From positions 635-64,634 of the forward strand of contig CAJJAI010000004.1 in NCBI GenBank assembly GCA_905182215.1: a DNA stretch of 64,000 nucleotides, read 5' to 3'. The notes under the pieces are model-generated. The model saw only the letters and a program-made list of their open reading frames with translations, had not been told where the DNA came from and ran no database searches. Origin of the DNA: Flavobacteriales bacterium UBA6772 (GTDB taxonomy: Bacteria; Bacteroidota; Bacteroidia; Flavobacteriales; UBA7430). Positions 40,262 through 49,000 of this stretch are shown one piece after another. The position numbers and the translations under genes are program-made. Positions within the stretch are counted from its first letter, which is position 1, and every line of letters starts with the position of its first letter.

Positions 40262-41235
40262 CCCTTAGACTTTTGAATTAAGAATAAGGTCAGTTTAGGA
40301 GAGATAAGCAAGGACAATTTTTGAATCGAGCCGAGTTTCTCAGCTTTTAATATAGTCCATCTATACTTCCTATGTAAGGCTTTTAATCGTTTCGAAACCT
40401 CTTGTTTGTGTTCCTTTGAATCGTAATTTGCAAGTAATTTCTGTAAGCCTATAAAACCATAGAAAAAGCTTTTCTCAATTTGAGTATTCTGCTTTGTACT
40501 TTCATATAAAGCCTCCAAATCAAAACACAATTCCATAGCATCATCAATAGAACTTCTGCTCACTTTTGATGTCATTATCGAACCTTCTCGGATGATATAA
40601 TTGTAAAAAGGACTACTTGTGTTTTGCACTCTACTAGCTTTATACATCACCTCTAAGGTAAAGCAAATGTCTTCGTATTTTCGTTCTTTAAAAAGAATGT
40701 TATTCTCTTGCAGTAAAGATCGCTTATAGAGTTTATTCCAGACTACAATGGGTAGAATCTGAATTTGCTCCATATAATCGACACCATCGTATATCTTATC
40801 GTTTAAGTCGTTAAACTTTTTCGGTAATCTATTTATTTCTACACCATCCTTTATCACTCTATACGGAGTGTCTATAACATCTAAGTTGTTTTCTGAAGCC
40901 AAGGCACACAATTGCTCTAAGGCGCTTTCGTCAGATATAAAATCATCGCTGTCTATAAACAATATATACTCCCCATGGCAATGAGAAATCCCTACATTCC
41001 TAGCCCCACCGAGTCCTTTATTTTTCTCGTTGATAATACAACGAACCCTCGAGTCTTGCGCTTGATATTTTTGAATGATTTGCTGACTATTATCTGGCGA
41101 ACAATCATCTACAATAATCATTTCCCAATCAATAAATGACTGTGAAATGACAGAATTAAAACAACGTTCTAAATATTCCTCCACATTGTACACCGGAACA
41201 ACGATAGATAAAAAGGGTGCTTTAGTTGTCATCAT
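40258..41235 (-). CDS. GT2-family glycosyltransferase
   Basis: 325 aa. LSIVVPVYNVEEYLERC...IIVDDCSPDNS and FIDSDD (DxD) motifs. Confidence 0.9.
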   Translation of the reverse strand: MMTTKAPFLSIVVPVYNVEEYLERCFNSVISQSFIDWEMIIVDDCSPDNSQQIIQKYQAQDSRVRCIINEKNKGLGGARNVGISHCHGEYILFIDSDDFISDESALEQLCALASENNLDVIDTPYRVIKDGVEINRLPKKFNDLNDKIYDGVDYMEQIQILPIVVWNKLYKRSLLQENNILFKERKYEDICFTLEVMYKASRVQNTSSPFYNYIIREGSIMTSKVSRSSIDDAMELCFDLEALYESTKQNTQIEKSFFYGFIGLQKLLANYDSKEHKQEVSKRLKALHRKYRWTILKAEKLGSIQKLSLLISPKLTLFLIQKSKG

Positions 41236-42208
41236 TCATTTTGTGATAAAGTTCAAGAGATTCTTCAATTGTATTCGCAAAGTACGAGCCCTCAACTTCA
41301 TTTAACCATGTATCGTAAAACCTTTTGTTTTTACCGTAACTGTTGTCTACTATAATGGAGGGTATTCCTAATAACAAACAGAGTATATGACCGTGTAATC
41401 TTGTAGAAATAACAAATTTATACTGAGAGACTAAATCTATTCCCATTTGGATATATCCTTTTTCTGTTCTCAAGGGAAATAACCCAAAAACACTATCCTT
41501 TTTTACCGCTTTAAAGAAGCTTTTCGAGAGCTGATTGTTTACTTTCTCGTAATACTTTGCAATACTTTCATTTAAAGTAGGCTCAAAAGTAGTCCAATCA
41601 GAAACAGAATAATCACTACTCAGCTCAATCTCATCTGAATCTCCAATCTCAAAATCTCTTCGCTTCATAATCAGAAGATCTTTAGTCGCTTGTTTAGATT
41701 TTTGATGATGAGAACAGAAAGCCATATCTGGCACCATTATGATGTTACACTGCCCGAAATAGTTCTTCAAATATTCGAAAGAATATTGATCTCTGGCACA
41801 AATGGTAAGGTCGGGATGCTGATTAAAAACCTTTGCACTTTCTATCGCTTCAGATTTATTATCAAATTGCACCGATTGTGGCAAGATGATAATGCGTTTA
41901 TTGGAATTTTCGAGTATTACCTTTTCTCTGAATTTTTGATGCATGGGATATAAATCCCCGAAGTTTCCACCACCGTGCAACAAAATTATATTCGATTTTA
42001 TTTCACCTGAAAAATTAAAGGTAACGCTTGACTGTGTCTGACATTGAAAAGGTATTTCACTAAAAAAGTCTAACTCACCTTTATAAATAAGGTGATCACC
42101 GACATTTTTATGATTCGGGATGTCCAACAACACATAATCTCCAGTTATTAGGACAGACAGTTCTTTGAGAACCTTATTTTTCAAATGATTAACTGAACTT
42201 AATATCAT
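41222..42208 (-). CDS. polysaccharide pyruvyl transferase-family protein
   Basis: 328 aa. N-terminal NHKNVGDHLIY, GGGNFGDLYP and TRLHGHIL resemble PF04230 (WcaK/CsaB-like) proteins. Confidence 0.62.
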   Translation of the reverse strand: MILSSVNHLKNKVLKELSVLITGDYVLLDIPNHKNVGDHLIYKGELDFFSEIPFQCQTQSSVTFNFSGEIKSNIILLHGGGNFGDLYPMHQKFREKVILENSNKRIIILPQSVQFDNKSEAIESAKVFNQHPDLTICARDQYSFEYLKNYFGQCNIIMVPDMAFCSHHQKSKQATKDLLIMKRRDFEIGDSDEIELSSDYSVSDWTTFEPTLNESIAKYYEKVNNQLSKSFFKAVKKDSVFGLFPLRTEKGYIQMGIDLVSQYKFVISTRLHGHILCLLLGIPSIIVDNSYGKNKRFYDTWLNEVEGSYFANTIEESLELYHKMNDDN

Positions 42209-43529
42209 GGAATAGTTTTTTAGAAATCCTGTAAACAGGTCGAATTTTTAGTACATTAAAGTAAGCTTTAGTTTGCAATAAAAATACAGGTTTTGTTTTT
42301 GCAAACATTCCGTTCATCAGATACGATGCAATAATTTTTGCCACTAAGGTTGCTACGGCAGCCCCTAAAGCTCCGTAAGCAGGTATTAACATGAAGTTCA
42401 AGGCTACATTTACTAAAGCTCCAGTACCTGTTCTGTAAAATGAATATTTTTCGAGTCGATTGATAACGAACCATGCACCACTTACAACTGCAGAAAAGAC
42501 AATTATACAAGACCAAATATGTATGGTCAAAACCTTTCCGGAAGTAATATACTCCACACCATATAAAGTCTCTATAAGCATATCTGAGAAGAAGGTGAAA
42601 AACAATGCAATACAAAGTGCAAATGCCGACAATACAGTCATTAATCGCATGGTCAGTATTTTAAAACCATTTGCGTTCTTCTCTTTCAGTTTAACTAATT
42701 CTGGATAAAAAGAATTTACAATGGCAGAGGGGATAAAGTACCACACTTCTGATAGTTTAGCTGCAACAGCATAATAACCTACTTCATCTGAACTCGTCAA
42801 ATAGCCCAACATCACCTGATCTAGTTTGGTGTAAATAACATAAAATACGCTCGAAATAATCAATGGATAAGAGCTATTTAAAATTTGCTTTCCAATCTGT
42901 TTATTCCAATACTTCAAACTTATTCTGACATCTGTTTTTCTCTTAAAAAACCAGATAATTAGCAGTGAACAAACAAAAAACTCGACTACTGTAGCAAGTG
43001 CAAACCAAACAAGGCTGAGCTTAATGAATACAAATATAATTTTGATTAAACCAGCAATTAAAAACCCTATGTTCTTCGCTAAAACCACATATTTGGAATT
43101 GAGCTCTGCCATAAATAGAGTGAAGAACACGTCTGTAATCTGTAATAATATTTGCGTTCCTATAATTATAATAAGTATATGAGTGCTTATATCAGGGTTG
43201 TAGCAAATTGCCATGACCACAACAAGTAGATACACGACGAAAGACGCTAAACCTCTCATAATTAAAGAGGTCGATATTATTTGATTTCGCTTTTCCTTAG
43301 TAAGAGTGAGCTCCCTTATTAATACTTGCTCCATCCCTAAACTAGAGATGACTAGAAAAACGTAAACGAATGCAATGGAAAAGTTAAGTTCACCAAAAGC
43401 AACAGGACCTAAATATCTTGCAACCAAAACACTTACAAAGATACCATAGGCCATCCTGAATATTTTATCAAAAAATAGCCACGAAATATTCTTTACAAGC
43501 TTACTCTTAAAGAGGTTTAGAAACTGCAC
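42189..43529 (-). CDS. Wzx-type oligosaccharide flippase (MOP superfamily)
   Basis: 446 aa, ~12-14 TM helices, with a polysaccharide-biosynthesis-protein-like N-terminus (WLFFDKIFRMAYGIFVSVLVARYLGP). Confidence 0.72.
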   Translation of the reverse strand: MQFLNLFKSKLVKNISWLFFDKIFRMAYGIFVSVLVARYLGPVAFGELNFSIAFVYVFLVISSLGMEQVLIRELTLTKEKRNQIISTSLIMRGLASFVVYLLVVVMAICYNPDISTHILIIIIGTQILLQITDVFFTLFMAELNSKYVVLAKNIGFLIAGLIKIIFVFIKLSLVWFALATVVEFFVCSLLIIWFFKRKTDVRISLKYWNKQIGKQILNSSYPLIISSVFYVIYTKLDQVMLGYLTSSDEVGYYAVAAKLSEVWYFIPSAIVNSFYPELVKLKEKNANGFKILTMRLMTVLSAFALCIALFFTFFSDMLIETLYGVEYITSGKVLTIHIWSCIIVFSAVVSGAWFVINRLEKYSFYRTGTGALVNVALNFMLIPAYGALGAAVATLVAKIIASYLMNGMFAKTKPVFLLQTKAYFNVLKIRPVYRISKKLFHDIKFS

Positions 43530-43558
43530 TTACTTTGTATTAATTGATTTAGCGAGTC

Positions 43559-44773
43559 TTACTTCAAAATTCCACAAAAATCTAACACGATTTTATCCGC
43601 AGATAGGTTTAGTGTTTTAAACTCATCGTGAGCTACTAAGAACACGATGATGTCGGCCTTCTCTGCCGCTTCTTTATAGTTGGTCAATTTAAATACGTTA
43701 TGACTTTTTATATTCGGCTCAACAATAAAATACGAGTCGTTATTCGCATTTTGAAGAACCTTTTGTGCGATGTATTTTGCTGGAGACTCTCTTAAATCAT
43801 CGATATTTGGTTTAAACGCTAAGCCCATTATAGCGATACTTGGCTTACGTCCTTCTTTTAATTGAAATTCCAATTTGGCGGTTTGCACTTTCTCGGCACA
43901 CCAAAAAGATTTATAGTTATTGATCTCTCTTGCGGTTCCAATAATTTTTGACTCCATCGGATAATCCGAAACTATAAAGTAAGGATCAACTGCAATACAA
44001 TGCCCACCTACACCACAACCAGGTTGTAGTATGTTTACTCTAGGATGTTTATTAGCTAATTCGATTAATTCCCAAACATTGATATCTGCTTTATCGCAGA
44101 TTAAAGACAGTTCGTTTGCAAAAGCAATTTGTACATCTCTAGAAGAATTTTCTACCAACTTACACATCTCAGCAGTACGCGCATTGGTTTTGTGTAACTT
44201 CCCCTTTACGTGTTCTTTATAAAAAGCAATTGCTTTCTCAGTAGAAGCCTCATCTACACCACCAATAACTCTATCGTTATGTACCAACTCGTACATCACA
44301 TTTCCGGGCAACACTCTTTCTGGACAATAAGCAATGAAAAGTTTACCCACTAAGTCTGGGCGCTCTTCATGAATCAAGCGCATCATCTTTTCTGTAGTTC
44401 CTACAGGCGAGGTTGATTCGATGATATATAAATCGCCTTCTTTTAATAAGGGTAGAATTCCACGAGTAGCCGCTTCAACAAAAGAAATGTCGGGTTCGTT
44501 CTTGGCTTTAAAAGGAGTAGGCACAACAATTAAATAAGTATTTGCCTGTACTGCAGTAGTTGAAGCTCTTAAAAAGCCTTTCTCAACCGCTGTGGCTACA
44601 GCCTTATCTAATGAAGGTTCTACAATATGTGTTTTACCTGCATTAATGGTATCAACTACAGAAGGGTTAATATCAACCCCATGTACTTGTACGCCTCCTT
44701 GAGCTATTAAGGCTGCTGTTGGCAAACCGATATAACCCAATCCTATCATTACTACTTCTGGCTGATTATTCAT
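43559..44773 (-). CDS. wecC: UDP-N-acetyl-D-mannosamine dehydrogenase
   Basis: 404 aa nucleotide-sugar dehydrogenase (GLGYIGLPTAA Rossmann motif, catalytic GGHCI). 8-nt overlap with wecB supports the ManNAcA pathway assignment. Confidence 0.8.
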   Translation of the reverse strand: MNNQPEVVMIGLGYIGLPTAALIAQGGVQVHGVDINPSVVDTINAGKTHIVEPSLDKAVATAVEKGFLRASTTAVQANTYLIVVPTPFKAKNEPDISFVEAATRGILPLLKEGDLYIIESTSPVGTTEKMMRLIHEERPDLVGKLFIAYCPERVLPGNVMYELVHNDRVIGGVDEASTEKAIAFYKEHVKGKLHKTNARTAEMCKLVENSSRDVQIAFANELSLICDKADINVWELIELANKHPRVNILQPGCGVGGHCIAVDPYFIVSDYPMESKIIGTAREINNYKSFWCAEKVQTAKLEFQLKEGRKPSIAIMGLAFKPNIDDLRESPAKYIAQKVLQNANNDSYFIVEPNIKSHNVFKLTNYKEAAEKADIIVFLVAHDEFKTLNLSADKIVLDFCGILK

Positions 44774-45893
44774 CTTTTAAATTTTGGATAAATTCCACAA
44801 TTCTTTTACAAGCCAACCCGTCTCCATAAGGATTATGAAGAGTGCTCATGGCAGCATATCGATCAGTATCGTTTAATAAGCTTGTGGCTTCAGAAACGAT
44901 TTTCGCTTTATTTGTTCCCACTAAAATTACAGTTCCGGCATCAACAGCCTCAGGCCTTTCGGTGGTATCGCGCATTACCAATACGGGTTTCCCCAAAGAC
45001 GGAGCTTCTTCTTGCACTCCACCACTATCGGTAATAATTAATTTCGATTTATTCATTAACCATACAAAAGCGGGATAAGCTAAAGGGTCGATTAATTTGA
45101 TATTCGCTTGATCGCCTAAAATCTCGTATACAGGTTTCTGTACATTTGGATTTAAGTGTACAGGATATATAATTTGAACATCAGGATGTGTTTCTGAAAT
45201 TTCTCTGAGTGCCTCACAGATATTAATCATCCCTTGACCATGATTTTCGCGTCTATGACCCGTAACCAAAATCAACCTATTATCAGGCTCAACAATCGTT
45301 TTTAAGTGTTTAATCTCCTCAGATTCCAAAGTATCTACTCTCTCTACCGATTCTAATAAAGCATCGATAACAGTATTCCCAGTAATGAGAATATTCTTTT
45401 GATCGACATTTTCGTTCAATAAGTTTTGTGAAGAGGTTGTGGTAGGCGCAAAATGATAATCAGCCACAGAACCCGTAACACATCTGTTCATTTCCTCGGG
45501 GAAAGGAGCTCTTTTATTGAAGGTTCTTAAACCAGCCTCCACATGGCAAACCTTGGCACCAGAGTAAAAAGCAGCAATACTCGAAGACATTGTTGTAGTA
45601 GTGTCACCGTGAACATATACGAAGTCGGGTTTAAAATCTTCTAAGATCGGTTTTAACCCTGTAATTATATCCGCTGTTAAGCCGTATAGATTTTGGTTGG
45701 GCTTCATTAAATCTAAATCGTAATCGGGGGTAATATCGAAAAATGATAAAACCTGATCTAACATCTCTCTGTGTTGTGCGGTAACACAAACTCGAGTTTC
45801 AAAACTATCGTTCGCTAAAAAAGCCTTGACCAAAGGAGCCATCTTTATAGCTTCTGGGCGAGTTCCGAAAATTATTAGGTTCTTTTTCTTCAA
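44766..45893 (-). CDS. wecB: UDP-N-acetylglucosamine 2-epimerase (non-hydrolysing)
   Basis: 375 aa. GTRPEAIKMAPL, HVEAGLRT and TDSGGVQEEAPSLGKPVLVMR motifs. Confidence 0.92.
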   Translation of the reverse strand: MKKKNLIIFGTRPEAIKMAPLVKAFLANDSFETRVCVTAQHREMLDQVLSFFDITPDYDLDLMKPNQNLYGLTADIITGLKPILEDFKPDFVYVHGDTTTTMSSSIAAFYSGAKVCHVEAGLRTFNKRAPFPEEMNRCVTGSVADYHFAPTTTSSQNLLNENVDQKNILITGNTVIDALLESVERVDTLESEEIKHLKTIVEPDNRLILVTGHRRENHGQGMINICEALREISETHPDVQIIYPVHLNPNVQKPVYEILGDQANIKLIDPLAYPAFVWLMNKSKLIITDSGGVQEEAPSLGKPVLVMRDTTERPEAVDAGTVILVGTNKAKIVSEATSLLNDTDRYAAMSTLHNPYGDGLACKRIVEFIQNLKDE

Positions 45894-46004
45894 AAGTATT
45901 TTCTTTCAGGGATAATCAATAGGTCTGCTCTAGCTTCTTATTTGTTAAAACACAAGTGATTAATTTTGTGTAGAAACCAAAGAATTACTTTCGTAAACCT
46001 TTTG

Positions 46005-46012
46005 CAAATATA
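46005..46012 (-). promoter_or_regulatory. candidate -7 box (TATATTTG on the minus strand) for the polysaccharide operon
   Basis: TAnnTTTG match 112 nt upstream of the wecB ATG and downstream of the giant gene's terminator. Confidence 0.3.
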
Positions 46013-46033
46013 CTGAAATCTCGAATACTTTTG

Positions 46034-46066
46034 AAAACAAAAAAAGTCAGCTTTTAAGCTGACTTT
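46034..46066 (-). terminator. intrinsic terminator after the 1672-aa protein gene
   Basis: Stem AGTCAGC / GCTGACT, loop TTTTAA. On the minus strand it is followed by TTTTTTTG. Confidence 0.8.
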
Positions 46067-46085
46067 CTTAGAGACTTACTAAGTC

Positions 46086-49000
46086 TTATTGTACCAGTAA
46101 TCGTTTGGTGTAAACAGTATTACTTGTTTGTAGTTTAATTAAATAAGTCCCTACTGGATAGTCTTCAACTTTTAGAATTACCGAATTTTCACCTTTCTTA
46201 TAGGCATTAGAGCCTAGGTTAAATAATAGGTCTCCAAGAATATTAAATACCTGAATTTCTACTTTTGATGTTTCGAAAAGTTCAAAGGTTAAAGCTGCTA
46301 AATGCGTAGCAGGATTTGGTAGTATCTCAAAGTCTATTTTACTAAACTCTAAAGGCGCCCTTTCTATTGTGGCTACTTGAATGCTATTTTGTTCGAACAA
46401 ACCTGTTGAAGAATCCCAGTTTGTAATGAGAGAAATTTCTTCACCTTTTTCATTAGACCAGTATTTAAGTGTTAAAGCTTCATTCTTCAATAAACCATCT
46501 AGCTCTTTAGAATAGTCATCGTTTCCATAAACAGGAATTACAATGGCTTGATCTTTGTAAACAAAAGCACCAACTAATTGATTAGTGGTCGAATAAACAG
46601 CTACTTCATCTCCAAAATCTAATACGCTTTCTAATTGATACCCCTCTATAACCAACGACATGTTAGCTCCTGTATTTAGAGGTGTTTTATAATGCTGTAA
46701 ATTGTTTTCTACAGCAGCCATTTCGAATCTATAAGACTGATTATTGGCTAAGTATTGCAATTGTTGTGCTGCAAGAACTTTAATCTGATAAGCTTGCCCT
46801 GCCATCATATTTCCAATACCGTTAAAGCCATATTCTGGCAAATATGCCATCCCGCTATTGTCTTTTACAATCACCAATTCTTCAATGTCTTCAAAAACAG
46901 CAATTACATCTGCGGGTTCGGTACGTAGGTAGGCGATTAAATTCCATCCATTTACCAAATCAATAGGGTTGTCTTCTGGGCTTAAATAATCACCTTCTAT
47001 GGTAAGGATATTAGCGTTGCTTAATTTTACTTGATACCCTTGTCCAGGTAAAAGATCGCCAACACCATTAAAGTTATAACTTGGTAAATAGGCAAGGCCT
47101 ATATTGTTTTTCACAATTATTACATCCTCTACAAAGGCAGAGAATAATTCTTCTGCATCCATTACTTCGGCTACCATATAAGTGGAGAAGAGGCTCCAAC
47201 CAACAGTTAGTTCTAGTTCTTGCGCTCCAATTAGCGGTTGTGCGGTTAATGTTAAGATCGCAGAAATACCATTGGTAGTATATTGTTCCTGACTAGGCAT
47301 GTTTTGGTCGTAATTTGCATCCATACTATAGGTATTATTAGTAGACGCATCCCATACCAACCATTGGAATTCTTGATTGGCATTAAACCCATCTTGAATT
47401 TCTGTAGTAGTATCGTCTCCTTGAGCTGGAATAACCGTTGTGCTTCCTTCCCAAATGGTATAACCTGCACAAACTAATTCTCCGTTTAATGGATAGAATA
47501 CACCAATCCAATCTCCGTTTTGTATGTCTGCTCCATCTAGTTCTACAATCATATCTTCTGCTAAGACCAAAGTATGGTTTGCACCTGTATTTGGGCTTTC
47601 CCAGTTTGGCGTAGGATCTGTTCCATATTCACAGGACTCATCATCCCAATCGGCATACATATCGTAGTTTAATGCTTCTAGATCGGTACAACCACCACAA
47701 GCCATTTCGGTACAAGCCCAAATTCCGTTTGCGTTTGGATTAAATCCTGCTTGACAGAAGCAGGTATTACAGCCTTGTTCTAGCGTAGTTCCAAATTCGT
47801 AGAGTTCTCCATCTAACTCACAGCCATATTCTTGTGGTTCTATGATAATACAGTCTCCGTTTACACATTCGTAACCATCGGCACAATCAATTAAATTACA
47901 AGGGTCTTCTTCACAATCTGCATTTAAACTAAACACGCCAGAGAATGGGGCACCTCCAGAGTAAACTGCAGGGTAATAATTCTGTGTAATTGCCCAAGAA
48001 ATTTCCGAATTTGCATAAGCTGCATCAGAGACTTCTATATTGTAACATCCGTCTACTAAGTCTAGTTCTACCGCTTCGAAGTCCCCGTCTTCCATAGTGT
48101 AAACACCAACTATATCTCCGTTGGTGTTTGTAATGGTCATTTCTGCTCCATTCCATCCATCACCCCAAGCATCATACATAATAAGTACGTAGTTAATTTG
48201 CTCTCCACAATTTTCTATTTCCTCACAAACCCATGTTGGTTGTTCTAGTGGGAAAACAGTCGCATCGCTAGCAGTACACACACAAGTTTCGCACCAATCA
48301 TCGCCAGTTAAAACTTCGCCAACTGAATATGCATTCCCATTTTCAAAGCAATACTGAGAACCCCATATTGGTTCGTACAGAAAGGTAATTGGGTATTCGC
48401 AGGCAGCATTTTGATTTAGTTGAGATACATAGTAAGTAGCTTCTATTAAGGCTGCTGCATTACCTCCGCCAGATAATATATAAGAATTGGTAGTGCTTTC
48501 TCCAGTACCAATCCAATAGGCATTTTCGAATAAGGTTTCTATAGAAACGTAATCGTTTGCAGATTCTATATTAAATACAGGATAGTTTATGTTATTCGAG
48601 CTGTTGTTGTAAACAGTAATGTTTAGCTGTACTTGTCCGTTTTCATTGTACATAGTTTCTGTTGAAACCTCAATTTGGTCACAGAAATCTGTTGGTAAAC
48701 ATTCTCCTTCAGAGAAATCTACTCCTGCACATTCTGCTTCGCAATCGTTGCCATAGGTAATTCCGTTGGTTCCGCAAACGGGAGCCCAAAGGTCGTAGCA
48801 AATACAGTCGTTGGTGCATCCAATTTCGAAATCAACATAGTATGTCATGCTGTTATTTTCCCAATATTCATCACAAGAGATGTTTGTAGCTAACTCTTCA
48901 CCAGACTCACTAGTTAAGGTCCAAAGAGCTAATTCACAACCCCCATAAGGAGATACTCCATCCATCATTACCTGATAATTACAATCCGCGGGCAAGCATA

